Shown here: positions 51,504-61,832 of the stretch, piece after piece
How positions within the stretch are numbered: the stretch's first letter is position 1
Layout of the letters: each line of letters opens with the position of its first letter
Assembly: GCA_046045965.1 (NCBI GenBank)
Contig: JBJOKS010000003.1
Location: 1 to 64,000, forward strand
Length of the DNA: 64,000 nucleotides
Direction: 5' to 3'
DNA from: Cyanobacteriota bacterium
GTDB taxonomy: Bacteria; Cyanobacteriota; Cyanobacteriia; Cyanobacteriales; Nostocaceae
Made by a program: the position numbers and the translations under genes
Notes under the pieces: generated by a model
Database searches by the model: none
What the model saw: the letters and a program-made list of their open reading frames with translations, nothing else
What the model was told of the DNA's origin: nothing

Positions 51504-53000
51504 TTACCTCACAGAAAAAGCCTCACTAAATCTGCGTGTAATTGGCTCAACAATAAACGTCAAAATCGACTTCTTCCTAGTAACAATCTCAGCATTTGCA
51601 GCCATCCCTGGCGTAAATTCCACCTCTTGTCCGCGCACATTCATCGAATGCTTACTTAACTTAATTCGCGTCGGAAAAACTAAACCTAATTTTTCATCAA
51701 CAACCGCATTCGGACTAATTTGTAAAACTTCACCATCAACAACACCAAATTCTTGAAAAGGGAAAGTTGCTAATTTGACCTTTGCTTTCATGTTCTGACG
51801 GATAAATCCTATATCTCTGTTCAGGACTTTCACCTCTAATAACATTTCTTCACCTTCTGGTACAATTGAAAGCAATTCTTCACCAGATTGAACTGGTCCT
51901 TGAGTAGCTTTGATTTTGTAAATTGTTCCCGCTACAGGTGCTTTAATTGTTTCTCCATCTTTTTGCTGTTTAGCTTGTTCTAATTGTCCAGCAACATTAG
52001 CTAATTCTTCTTTTCGTCTATTTATCTGCGTTAAAATTTCACTTTGTCTTTCTGATGCTAAACGTAAACCTTGATTACGAGCAGCTTGATAAGCTTGTTC
52101 TGCTTGGCGAATTTCTTGGTTTTGAGCAGCAATATCTTTTTCTAAAGATGCAACTCGATCTTTTGCTTCTGTAATTCTATTTTTGGCATTAGTTACTTCA
52201 TCTGTCGCTCTAATAATATCTGTATTCGCACGATTTAATCTTTCCTGTGCTTCTAAATAATCAACTCTGGGAACTGCACCTGGATTTAATAAAGTGCGAA
52301 GATTTTCTTCTCTTTTTTGGGCAACATTTAAACTATCTTCAAGTTGAGAACGGATACTTTCGGCATTAACTAAATTAGTTTGAGCATTAATAACACTGGT
52401 TTTCGCACTGGCTAAATTTTCTTGTAAGCGAGTTAAACGAATTTTGGCTTGATTAATAATTGAAAGCTGACGTTGTGCTTCTGCTTCTGCTGCTGCTTTT
52501 TGGGCTTTATAGTCTAATAAACGAGAATTTAACAGTTCATCTTGTAATTTTGTGCCGGCGATTTTTTCACCTTTTCTTTCTGCTTCTAAACGTTGTAAAT
52601 CCTCCTCAATTAGTTTACTAGCTTTAGCCAGTCGGTTAACATCGGTTTGTTGTAAGTTGGGGTCACGTTCAATTAAAACTTGATCTTTGGTAACGCGATC
52701 GCCCTCTTTCACTTTCACTGCTAAAATAGATCCATTACCCAAAGATGTCACAGGTCTAACTTGACTAGAAGCAATTAATTCTCCTGGTGCTGTCGCTACT
52801 TCATCAATTTCAGAAAAATGCGCCCAGGAAATTGCACCAAATACAATAACGCTAATTGTTCCCGCTAATAATCTTGTATAAATTGCTGGTAATTCCTGTA
52901 CAGCTTTACCCAATTCATAAGATAATTGTTCCTCTGGTTTGGCAAATCTTTCTTTGGTTTGACGTGCTTGAACAGCATTTGCAAATAGGGAATATTTCAT
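51504..53000 (-). CDS. HlyD-family type I secretion membrane fusion protein
   Basis: TM, EIDEV..A.G, V.EGD.V, long coiled coil, I.APV.G, DIGFI, FPFQEFG and PGM...AEI. Confidence 0.92.
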   Translation of the reverse strand: MKYSLFANAVQARQTKERFAKPEEQLSYELGKAVQELPAIYTRLLAGTISVIVFGAISWAHFSEIDEVATAPGELIASSQVRPVTSLGNGSILAVKVKEGDRVTKDQVLIERDPNLQQTDVNRLAKASKLIEEDLQRLEAERKGEKIAGTKLQDELLNSRLLDYKAQKAAAEAEAQRQLSIINQAKIRLTRLQENLASAKTSVINAQTNLVNAESIRSQLEDSLNVAQKREENLRTLLNPGAVPRVDYLEAQERLNRANTDIIRATDEVTNAKNRITEAKDRVASLEKDIAAQNQEIRQAEQAYQAARNQGLRLASERQSEILTQINRRKEELANVAGQLEQAKQQKDGETIKAPVAGTIYKIKATQGPVQSGEELLSIVPEGEEMLLEVKVLNRDIGFIRQNMKAKVKLATFPFQEFGVVDGEVLQISPNAVVDEKLGLVFPTRIKLSKHSMNVRGQEVEFTPGMAANAEIVTRKKSILTFIVEPITRRFSEAFSVR

Positions 53001-53004
53001 AATT

Positions 53005-53043
53005 TGTTAGTTGTTAGTTGTTAGTTGTTAGTTGTTAGTTGTC
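53005..53043. repeat. STRR array (TGTTAGT)n
   Basis: Heptamer tandem repeats. Confidence 0.85.
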
Positions 53044-53080
53044 AGTGGTTTTTTCTTTGCAACTAACCACTGACTAATGA

Positions 53081-53590
53081 CTAAATAGCTAAATAACGGC
53101 GCAAAAAGTTTTCTAAAGTTTCCAATTGAAAGTTATAAATTCTTTCTAAATTGGCGATTTATTCTTATCGAAACCGTTCCGCTAGTGGTAGCAGGTTTGA
53201 TGCTAATCCAGATGGGTGTAAAATATTGTAATCTAAGCCACTACTTTACAGATATCTTTCCACTGCTTGTTTGGTTTTGAACACGGGAGCATCTTCATAT
53301 CCTCTTTCAGCACCTAAAACAGATACAGCATATTGTCGGTAAATGAAGTACAAATATTAATAGTATCAGTCTTGTGGGGTGGGCATCTTGCCCGCCCTTG
53401 TGTACCTCATTATCATCAAATTTGCTGTATAAAGACAAAATGTTCAACACTCTGGACTTTAGCCTGGTCAATTAGTTCAATATTAGCGCGATCATCCCAA
53501 GATAGAGCATCATTATTAGAACCGTGGACGCTAATTATATATTTCACTTCTTGACAAGCTTGCTGCATATCTTGTTGATACCGCAAATTC
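53081..53590 (-). pseudogene. Degraded NmrA/SDR-family oxidoreductase gene
   Basis: Manual minus-strand translation: ...ACQEVKYIISVHGS...RANIELIDQAK...VEHFVF[insertion]SVLGAERGYEDAPVFKTKQAVERYL*SSGLDYNILHPSGLASNLLPLAERFR*...IANLERIYNFQLETLENFLRRYLAI*. Confidence 0.8.
53324..53429. mobile_element. ~106 bp MITE inserted in the SDR pseudogene
   Basis: Imperfect ~29 bp TIRs TACAGCATATTGTCGGTAAATGAAGTACA / TGTACCTCATTATCATCAAATTTGCTGTA; interrupts the FVFI|SVLG codons. Confidence 0.78.
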
Positions 53591-53735
53591 CTCAAATCAA
53601 AACTTAGAGAATTTTCCTGAGAATAAATATATTGGATTTAAATGGGAATCTGTCGCCAAAATATTCTACAACTGAAGTAGAATCACTCAAAACCCTAGTG
53701 CTATCTTAGCTCCATAACATTAAGGAATTTGCATC

Positions 53736-55838
53736 ATGTTGAAAATTTTTGCAGACAGAGGCGGTACATTTACAGATATTGTTGCTGTCACCAATAATCA
53801 AACAATTATAGACAGACTCTCAAATTTTACAGCACGTTTTTTAATTGTCCCACTGCCTAACCAGGAATGGGTAATAGTCTATAAATTACTGTCAGAAAAT
53901 CCTGAACTATATCAGGATGCAGTTATCCAGGGAATTCGGGATATTATGGGAATTGCTGCTAATGAACCTATCCCCTATCAAAATATAGAAGTAGTGAAAA
54001 TGGGAACAACAGTAGCTACAAATGCACTGTTAGAAAGACATGGCGATAGTGTAGTTTTGCTGATTACTAAAGGTTTTAAAGATGCCTTAAGAATAGGCTA
54101 TCAAAACCGCCCCAATATCTTCGCACGTCAAATTATTTTACCTACCATGCTTTATGAACAAGTAATAGAAGTAGAGGAAAGATATGATGCTCAAGGCAAG
54201 GAATTAATACCTGTAAATATTGCAGAGGTAAGACAAGATTTACAAACAGTTTACAACACAGGAATTAGAAGTTGTGCCATTGTATTTATGCACAGCGATC
54301 GCTATCCCCAACATGAACAACAAGTAGCCCGAATTGCCGAAGAAATCGGATTTACACAAATTTCTGTATCCCATCAAGTAAGTCCATTAATGAAACTCGT
54401 AAGTAGAGGAGATACCACTGTTGTTGATGCCTATTTAACTCCTATTCTTCGTCGCTATGTTAACCAAGTAGCTAGTCATTTATTCAACGTTAGATTAATG
54501 TTTATGAAATCCGATGGAGGGTTAACTGACGCAGAAAAATTTCAAGGTAAAGATAGCATTTTAAGTGGTCCTGCTGGTGGTATTGTCGGTGCTGTTCAAA
54601 CTAGCAAAAGAGCAGGTTTTGATTTAGTTATTACCTTTGATATGGGAGGAACAAGTACAGATGTTGCTCACTTTAAAGGAGAATATGAAAGACAATTAGA
54701 TTCAGAAATTGCCGGTGCGCGGATGCGAGTTCCTGTATTAGCAATTAATACAATTGCTGCGGGTGGTGGTTCAATTTTATATTTTGATGGTTCTAGTTAT
54801 CGTGTTGGTCCAGAGTCTGCTGGATCAAATCCTGGACCCGCTTCCTATCGACGTGGAGGACCATTAACTGTGACAGATGCTAACGTCATGTTAGGCAAAA
54901 TTCAACCTCAATATTTTCCCGCAGTTTTTGGTAATGAAGGTAAATTACCGCTAGATAAAGAAATCGTAATTCACAAGTTTACACAATTAGCTGAAGATAT
55001 TGCATCTGTCACCGGAAATTATCAAAATCCTGAAAAAGTAGCATCAGGTTTTATTGCTATTGCTGTGGAAAATATGGCAAATGCTATCAAAAAAATCAGC
55101 CTTCAAAGAGGTTATGATGTTAGCAACTATGTACTTTGTTGTTTTGGTGGTGCAGGTGGACAAGTTGCTTGTTTAATTGCTGATACTTTAGGAATGAAAA
55201 AGATATTTCTTCACCCTTTTGCTGGTGTGCTTTCTGCTTATGGAATGGGTTTGGCTGATGTGAGAGCTACCAGGGTTACAGGAGTAGAACAACATTTAAA
55301 TCAAACACTCATTCCTCAATTACAGCAGTTAATGGCAGCTTTAGAAAACCAAGCACGGAGGGAGTTAAACCAAACAGAAAACACGAAATTGGAAGAAGAA
55401 TTAGTTAAAAAAGTGAATTTAAAATATGAGGGTACTAATTCAATTTTAATAATTGATTTTAACTCAGATGTGGCATTAATGCAACAGAATTTTGAAAAAG
55501 AGCATAAATCAAGATACGGTTTTATTCAAACCGAAAAATTCTTAATTATTGAATCTATTTCTGTAGAAGTAATCCAAAAAATGGATACTCCTGAAGAACC
55601 CGTAATCATTCGTCAACTCCCAATAGAGGAAACACCCCAACCTATAGAAATAGTCCAGATGTTTACTGCTAAAAAATGGCATGAAACTCCAGTTTATCGT
55701 CGAGAAGATTTACAACCAGGAGATACTATAAATGGTGCTGCAATTATTGTCGAAAAAATCAGCACAATTGTAGTTGAACCTAATTGGCAAGCAAAATTAA
55801 CAGAACGAAATCATTTAATCTTAGAACGTTTGGTTTAA
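53736..55838 (+). CDS. Hydantoinase A / 5-oxoprolinase N-terminal subunit
   Basis: DRGGTFTD, MGTTVATNALLER, SGPAGG, FDMGGTSTD and FGGAGGQ. Confidence 0.93.
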   Translation: MLKIFADRGGTFTDIVAVTNNQTIIDRLSNFTARFLIVPLPNQEWVIVYKLLSENPELYQDAVIQGIRDIMGIAANEPIPYQNIEVVKMGTTVATNALLERHGDSVVLLITKGFKDALRIGYQNRPNIFARQIILPTMLYEQVIEVEERYDAQGKELIPVNIAEVRQDLQTVYNTGIRSCAIVFMHSDRYPQHEQQVARIAEEIGFTQISVSHQVSPLMKLVSRGDTTVVDAYLTPILRRYVNQVASHLFNVRLMFMKSDGGLTDAEKFQGKDSILSGPAGGIVGAVQTSKRAGFDLVITFDMGGTSTDVAHFKGEYERQLDSEIAGARMRVPVLAINTIAAGGGSILYFDGSSYRVGPESAGSNPGPASYRRGGPLTVTDANVMLGKIQPQYFPAVFGNEGKLPLDKEIVIHKFTQLAEDIASVTGNYQNPEKVASGFIAIAVENMANAIKKISLQRGYDVSNYVLCCFGGAGGQVACLIADTLGMKKIFLHPFAGVLSAYGMGLADVRATRVTGVEQHLNQTLIPQLQQLMAALENQARRELNQTENTKLEEELVKKVNLKYEGTNSILIIDFNSDVALMQQNFEKEHKSRYGFIQTEKFLIIESISVEVIQKMDTPEEPVIIRQLPIEETPQPIEIVQMFTAKKWHETPVYRREDLQPGDTINGAAIIVEKISTIVVEPNWQAKLTERNHLILERLV

Positions 55839-55898
55839 TGACTTTGTAGCAACTGTAATTAATGCTAAAATCAATAAATAACTACTTGGTATCATATC

Positions 55899-56603
55899 AT
55901 GATGATTACTCAAGAATTAGTATCTCCAGAAAACTTCTTTCCAGAAGATTTAACTTTTCCTCCCAGTGACTTATATAGTGATGAACCTCCCGTGGAAACA
56001 GAACTGCATCTAGAGCAAATTATGCTCTTAATCAAATGTCTGAAATGGTTATGGAAAGAAAAAAATGATTTCTATGCAGCAGGAAATCTGAGTATTTACT
56101 ATAGTCCTCACCAAAAGAAAACCGAAAATTTTCGAGGGCCTGATTTTTTTGTAGTTTTAGGAACAGAGAGAAAGACTCGTAAAAGTTGGGTAGTGTGGGA
56201 AGAAAATGGTAAATATCCTCATGTAATTGTGGAAATTCTCTCACCTACTACCGCAAGAACTGATAGAGAAGCTAAAAAAGAACTGTATCAAGAAACTTTC
56301 CGTACACCGGAATATTTTTGGTTTGATCCTTATACCTTAGAATTTGCAGGGTTTCATTTAGTAGATGGTAAATATCAACCCATAGAACCTAACGAAAAAG
56401 GACATTTATGGAGTGAACAACTAGGTTTGTATTTGGGAATTCATGAGGGTTTATTACGTTATTTTACACCAGAAGGAAATTTAGTACCCACACCTGAAGA
56501 AACCGCAGAATTAGAAGTTAAAAGAGCAGAACGTGAAACTCAACGAGCAGAACGTTTAGCAGCAAAATTGCGGGAATTAAATATTAACCCAGATACGATT
56601 TAA
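55899..56603 (+). CDS. Uma2-family (PD-(D/E)XK) endonuclease
   Basis: SDEPP.ET..H, GPDFFVV, VEILSPTT...D...KK.LY and PEYFWFDP. Confidence 0.9.
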   Translation: MMITQELVSPENFFPEDLTFPPSDLYSDEPPVETELHLEQIMLLIKCLKWLWKEKNDFYAAGNLSIYYSPHQKKTENFRGPDFFVVLGTERKTRKSWVVWEENGKYPHVIVEILSPTTARTDREAKKELYQETFRTPEYFWFDPYTLEFAGFHLVDGKYQPIEPNEKGHLWSEQLGLYLGIHEGLLRYFTPEGNLVPTPEETAELEVKRAERETQRAERLAAKLRELNINPDTI

Positions 56604-56612
56604 AAACAATTT

Positions 56613-56643
56613 GTAGGTTGGGTTGACGCAAATAAACCCAACA
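56613..56643. repeat. GTAG-led REP-like hairpin
   Basis: GTAGGTTGGGTT....AACCCAAC. Confidence 0.55.
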
Positions 56644-56687
56644 TACCACAACATACCAATTATTTTGAAGTTAACTATAGGTGAAAA

Positions 56688-58229
56688 ATGTACACGACAT
56701 CTCAACCAGATCCAGTTCGTTTAGAAATATTCAAAAATCTCTATCAGTTTATCGCGGAACAAATGGGAATTGTTCTGCAAAATACAGCAACATCAGTCAA
56801 TATTAAAGAACGGCTAGATTTTTCCTGTGCTATTTTTGATGCTTCTGGTTTATTAGTTGCTAATGCTCCCCATATTCCTGTACATTTAGGCTCAATGAGT
56901 GAAAGTGTCCGCAGTTTAATTAATGATCAAATAGACAATATTAAACCAGGAAATGTTTATTTATCAAATAACCCCTATAACGGTGGCACACATCTCCCTG
57001 ATGTCACAGCTATTACCCCAATTTTTGATGAGGAAAACAAACAAATTATATTCTATGTTGCTTCCCGTGGACACCAAGCAGATATCGGTGGTATTACTCC
57101 TGGTTCTATGCCTCCTCACAGTACCACAGTAGCAGAAGAAGGAATTATTTTTGATAATTTTCTCTTAGTTAAAGAAGGAGATTTTCAAGAAGCAACCGTG
57201 AGAAATTATTTGTTAAATCATCCCTATCCTAGTCGTAACCCGGATCAAAATATAGCTGATTTTAAAGCTCAAATTGCTGCTAATGAAAGGGGTGTTCAAG
57301 AACTTGGTAAAATAGTCAATAAATATGGGATTGAAACAGTTAAAGCTTATATGCAGTTTGTCCAAGATAATGCTGAAGAATCTGTGAGACGAGCAATTGA
57401 TGTTTTAAAAGATGGGTCATTTATTTATGAAATGGATAGCGGTGCAGAAATTCAAGTTCAGGTGACAATTGACCGAAAAAATCGCTGTGCTAAGATTGAT
57501 TTTACTGGTACATCTGCACAGTTAAATAGTAATTTCAATGCTCCCAAAGCTGTAACTCAAGCTGCGGTTTTATATGTATTTAGAACTTTGGTTGATGATA
57601 ATATTCCTCTCAATGCTGGTTGTCTCAAACCTTTAGAAATTATTATTCCTGAAGGTTGTATGTTAAACCCAATTTATCCCGCAGCAGTAGTAGCAGGTAA
57701 TGTGGAAACTTCCCAAACTATAGTTGATGCTTTATATGGTGCTTTGGGTGTGATGGCAGCTTCCCAAGGAACTATGAATAATTTTACTTTTGGTAATCAA
57801 AAATATCAATATTATGAAACCATTTGTGGTGGTTCTGGTGCAGGAATTGATTTTGATGGAACTGATGCAGTGCATACCCACATGACTAACTCTCGTTTGA
57901 CTGATCCTGAAGTTTTAGAAACTCGTTATCCTGTGCTGGTGGAAAGTTTTAGTTTGCGTCCCCATAGCGGAGGAAAAGGAAAATATTCAGGAGGTGATGG
58001 GGTCATTCGTCGCATTAAGTTTTTAGAAAAAATGACTGCAAATATTCTTTCTAACCATCGTTTAGTTCCTCCTTTTGGCTTAAATGGTGCAGCAGCAGGA
58101 CAGGTAGGACGTAACTGGGTACAACGTCAAAATGGCACTGAAGAAATTTTAGATAGTACCGCAACTGTAGAAATGCAACCAGGGGATATTTTTGTGATCG
58201 AAACTCCAGGGGGTGGGGGTTTTGGATAA
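56688..58229 (+). CDS. Hydantoinase B / 5-oxoprolinase C-terminal subunit
   Basis: [36 protein letters not shown] and TPGGGGFG. Confidence 0.93.
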   Translation: MYTTSQPDPVRLEIFKNLYQFIAEQMGIVLQNTATSVNIKERLDFSCAIFDASGLLVANAPHIPVHLGSMSESVRSLINDQIDNIKPGNVYLSNNPYNGGTHLPDVTAITPIFDEENKQIIFYVASRGHQADIGGITPGSMPPHSTTVAEEGIIFDNFLLVKEGDFQEATVRNYLLNHPYPSRNPDQNIADFKAQIAANERGVQELGKIVNKYGIETVKAYMQFVQDNAEESVRRAIDVLKDGSFIYEMDSGAEIQVQVTIDRKNRCAKIDFTGTSAQLNSNFNAPKAVTQAAVLYVFRTLVDDNIPLNAGCLKPLEIIIPEGCMLNPIYPAAVVAGNVETSQTIVDALYGALGVMAASQGTMNNFTFGNQKYQYYETICGGSGAGIDFDGTDAVHTHMTNSRLTDPEVLETRYPVLVESFSLRPHSGGKGKYSGGDGVIRRIKFLEKMTANILSNHRLVPPFGLNGAAAGQVGRNWVQRQNGTEEILDSTATVEMQPGDIFVIETPGGGGFG

Positions 58230-58411
58230 TACTCATATCCCCGAATTCTCAACAAAACCGGGGAATTATCTCATTTAAATTAAACATTTTGTGATACATT
58301 AACACCAGCTACTTTGGAGGGAATGATCATGCCATAGTAAGCAGCAGCGATCGCTTTCAGGGTTATGAGTTAATGCGATCACTTAAAATTTTATTCCGCA
58401 AGCTGTTCCAA

Positions 58412-59194
58412 CTAAAACTCTACAACCACCGGCGTATGATCACTAGGTTGTTCTAACTTCCTTGGTGCAACATCAATAATGCAACTTTGAGCGCGTTCAT
58501 AAACAACAGGTGTTAAATAATGATGGTCTATTCTCCATCCTAAATTCCTTCTAAAAGCCGCAGTCCGATAATCCCACCAACTATAATTTCCCCCTTCACT
58601 ATTAAACTTCCTAAAAGCATCAGCAAAACCCAGTGAAAGAATATCTCTTAAAGCTTGGCGTTCTGGTTCTGATGCCATAATATGATTTTCTATTTTCACT
58701 TTGTCATTAATATCAATATCTTCCAAAGCAATATTAAAGTCACCACACATAGAAATAGTAGGATTTGACAACAACAGCATCTGCAAATATTTCCGCAAAA
58801 CTGTTAACCACCGCAGTTTATATTCATATTTCTCACTTCCCACAGCCGAACCATTCGGAACGTAAAGATTAACAATTCTCACTCCATCAATAACACCAGT
58901 AATGACCCGCTTTTGCTCGTCCCATTGTGGGTCTAGTTCTGGTAAAATTGCCGCGAAACCCATACTCACATCTTCCAGTGGTTGACGACTAACCAGCGCA
59001 ACGCCATTATAAGCTTTCTGACCGTAAATATAAGGATGATAGCCTAAGTTTTCAAAGGGAACTAGGGGAAAATCCTTATCTACAACCTTCGTTTCCTGCA
59101 AACAGAGGACATCAACAGGATTTTCACTTAACCAGTTGATAACCTGCCCTAAACGTGTACGAATTGAATTAACATTCCAAGTAGCGATTTTCAT
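58412..59194 (-). CDS. xth: Exodeoxyribonuclease III
   Basis: ATWNVNS, CLQETK, YNGVA, GDFNIA, SWWDYR, GWRIDH and SDH.PV. Confidence 0.96.
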   Translation of the reverse strand: MKIATWNVNSIRTRLGQVINWLSENPVDVLCLQETKVVDKDFPLVPFENLGYHPYIYGQKAYNGVALVSRQPLEDVSMGFAAILPELDPQWDEQKRVITGVIDGVRIVNLYVPNGSAVGSEKYEYKLRWLTVLRKYLQMLLLSNPTISMCGDFNIALEDIDINDKVKIENHIMASEPERQALRDILSLGFADAFRKFNSEGGNYSWWDYRTAAFRRNLGWRIDHHYLTPVVYERAQSCIIDVAPRKLEQPSDHTPVVVEF

Positions 59195-59336
59195 GAATTA
59201 CTTATCAGTAGGTTAGTAAATTAAGAAATATAAAATCTGTTAATTTTTTGTAAACATTTTTGATTGTTAATTTTTTTGTTCTACCTCCCATTCACGCCAA
59301 AATAAGCTATAAGTAATTGATCCCTGCTGTAAATTC

Positions 59337-59381
59337 GTATTTGCAAATACAAAAAAAGGAAAAATTGTAAGTTAGACTACA
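59337..59381. promoter_or_regulatory. Two adjacent NtcA-like boxes
   Basis: GTA TTTGCAAA TAC (59337-59350) and GTA AGTTAGAC TAC (59367-59380). Confidence 0.4.
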
Positions 59382-59857
59382 GAATATTCTAATTGAATAT
59401 GATCCCCAAGATAGATGAAAATACTAAATCCTTGGTATTTATTTAATAATAATGTTAATTGTCAACTATTACTGATACAGTGACATTATATATTAGTGAG
59501 TGAGTTGATAGTACAGTTAACCGAAATTACACTTTTACAAGTCAGAAAAGTTAACTGAAATTTGGGCGGAGTAAGTACAAATGTTTTGGTTTTGTCCTCA
59601 TAAAATGATGCCAGGGATGTCAGGGTTAGTAAAAGGTGATGTCAAATCAATCTATATGATGTTGACATTCTTTGTAGACCAAACCAAGAATCGCAATATT
59701 TAGCATATTTATGTGAATTTTTACCAGAAAATATCCCAAAATATGCAAATTTTGTCACCAAACAGAGTGGTTGGCGATTTAACAGATACATCCATTTGAG
59801 TTTAATCAAATTTTTTTGCCTGATTACAACAACAAAATTTTTTAGGAGGACATTGGA

Positions 59858-60052
59858 ATGAGTAATAGAGCCAACACTTGCCCGTGCTGCGGTGGATCAA
59901 TACTGCGTCATATCCGTCATGGTGAACTGTATTGGTTTTGCCTGTCGTGCCGCCAAGAAGTACCACTATTAACAATTAGTCGCTTATCGAATCATTTGGA
60001 AAACCGTAACACAGGAGTAGTTACTCCGTCTGCGGTTAATTCAGTAGAGTAG
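59858..60052 (+). CDS. Small zinc-ribbon protein
   Basis: AGGAGG RBS; CPCCG..LRH.R....YWFC.SCRQE. Confidence 0.75.
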   Translation: MSNRANTCPCCGGSILRHIRHGELYWFCLSCRQEVPLLTISRLSNHLENRNTGVVTPSAVNSVE

Positions 60053-60173
60053 AGTGGTAAACGATACATATCGCTTCCGCTTTGGTTTGAAATTTGTTAC
60101 CAAAAAAGCTGATAACGTCATGCTGATGTGGATATGATGGAAAAGTAAATAAAACTTAAATAAAAGTTATCAA

Positions 60174-61532
60174 ATGCTGACTCACTCCTCTGGCTTGTCC
60201 AAGGTCAAAGACTCAGTAACCACAAAAATTCTCTTAGGTAATGAACCTAAGCCAGAATTAATGGCAATTTTAGCAGTCTACTTTGTCCAAGGCATATTAG
60301 GGTTAGCACGTCTAGCCGTTAGCTTTTTCCTGAAAGATGAATTACATCTGAGTCCAGTTGAGGTATCAGCACTGTTGGGAATAGTCGCCCTACCTTGGAT
60401 GATTAAGCCATTATTTGGCTTTATTTCCGATGGTTTGCCCATATTTGGCTATCGTCGCCGTCCCTATTTAGTGTTATCTGGGATACTGGGGTCTGCTGCT
60501 TGGGTAAGTTTGGGTACTATAGTTCATAGTAGCTGGGGTGCAACAATAGCGATCGCCCTATCTTCCCTTTCCGTTGCCTTCAGTGATGTTATAGTTGACT
60601 CCCTCGTTGTCGAACGTGCCAGAGCAGAATCTCAAGCCAAAGCCGGTTCTCTACAATCTCTGTGTTGGGGTTCTACCGCCGTAGGTGGTTTAATTACAGC
60701 TTATTTTAGCGGGGTGCTACTAGAATATTTCACAACTCGCGCCGTATTTCTAGTCACCGCTTTATTTCCGCTAATTATCTCAATAGTAGCTTGGTTAATC
60801 AGTGAAATACCTATTAACAAAGATACCCAACAGCATCATCAGAATCATCCTCTCAGCATCCCAACTCAACTAAAACAAGTACGCCAAGCCTTTACCCAAA
60901 AAGCAATTTGGCTCCCCACCGCATTTATCTTTCTCTGGCAATCTACCCCTAGTGGAGAAGCAGCATTTTTCTACTTTTTCACCAACGAACTGCACTTTGC
61001 ACCAGAATTTTTAGGCAGAGTACATTTAGTCACAAGTTTAGCCTCACTAATTGGGATTTGGATTTTCCAACGTTTCCTAAAAAATGTTCCTTTTCGGATA
61101 ATTTGTGGTTGGAGTATCTTCATTTCCGCAGCATTGAGAATGACAATGTTACTGTTAGTAACACACACAAATAGAGCTTTAGGAATAGATGACCATTGGT
61201 TTAGTTTAGGAGATAGCTTAATTCTTGCCGTCATGGGACAAATTGCATTTATGCCCGTGATGGTATTAGCAGCAAGAATTTGTCCCTTGGGAATAGAAGC
61301 AACATTATTTGCCCTCTTAATGTCAATCTTCAATTTAGGCGGAGCTATTTCCAGAGAGTTTGGGGCATTAATTATGCACTGGTTAGGCATTACTGAAACT
61401 AACTTTGATAGCCTATGGCTATTAATAATTATCACTAATTTTATCGCCCTTTTCCCACTGCTATTTCTCAACTTTTTGCCAGAGACTGAAGAAACAGAAA
61501 TTCCCGTATTTGCAGCCAATAAGCATGAATAA
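60174..61532 (+). CDS. Folate/biopterin transporter (BT1, MFS)
   Basis: YFVQG, PW.IKPLFG..SD..PI.GYRRRPY, DVIVDS.VVE and CP.G.EATLFALLM. Confidence 0.92.
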   Translation: MLTHSSGLSKVKDSVTTKILLGNEPKPELMAILAVYFVQGILGLARLAVSFFLKDELHLSPVEVSALLGIVALPWMIKPLFGFISDGLPIFGYRRRPYLVLSGILGSAAWVSLGTIVHSSWGATIAIALSSLSVAFSDVIVDSLVVERARAESQAKAGSLQSLCWGSTAVGGLITAYFSGVLLEYFTTRAVFLVTALFPLIISIVAWLISEIPINKDTQQHHQNHPLSIPTQLKQVRQAFTQKAIWLPTAFIFLWQSTPSGEAAFFYFFTNELHFAPEFLGRVHLVTSLASLIGIWIFQRFLKNVPFRIICGWSIFISAALRMTMLLLVTHTNRALGIDDHWFSLGDSLILAVMGQIAFMPVMVLAARICPLGIEATLFALLMSIFNLGGAISREFGALIMHWLGITETNFDSLWLLIIITNFIALFPLLFLNFLPETEETEIPVFAANKHE

Positions 61533-61642
61533 TTAACTCAAAATTCAGGAGTCATAATAATTGTCAAATCAGGAATTAACCAATTCGAGATTTTCTCAAC
61601 AATATTACTTATAATTCTCAAAGTCTAAATTTATACTCTTTG

Positions 61643-61718
61643 GGCGATTATATCGCGGCTACACAGACAAAACCCACCAAGGTGGACTTCGCTTGTGTAG
61701 TAGCGAATTATATTCGCC
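61643..61718 (+). repeat. REP-like dispersed repeat, copy 3 (internally shortened)
   Basis: Same ends as 32134-32250 but lacks the ~40 bp central segment. Confidence 0.75.
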
Positions 61719-61732
61719 GAAAACTAAAAAAT

Positions 61733-61748
61733 TGTAACAAAAACTACA
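61733..61748 (+). promoter_or_regulatory. Likely NtcA box upstream of gdhA
   Basis: TGTA ACAAAAAC TACA with an upstream A-tract, ~85 bp before the start codon. Confidence 0.55.
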
Positions 61749-61832
61749 AAATTGCTATTTGTTGAAAAAAAACAGGGTAAGCTAACCATACATATCCGGT
61801 TCACCAAAATACCGTGATGAGGAGTAAATGTT

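Noticed and set aside
53333..53554. 73-aa + strand ORF
   Set aside because: It is antisense to the SDR pseudogene and spans the MITE.
60971..61519. Long antisense or alternate-frame ORFs (also 5817-6281, 5826-6197, 6679-7041, 7821-8105, 11653-12066, 36801-37100 and other short ones)
   Set aside because: They are shadows of well-supported genes on the opposite strand or frame, with no motifs of their own.
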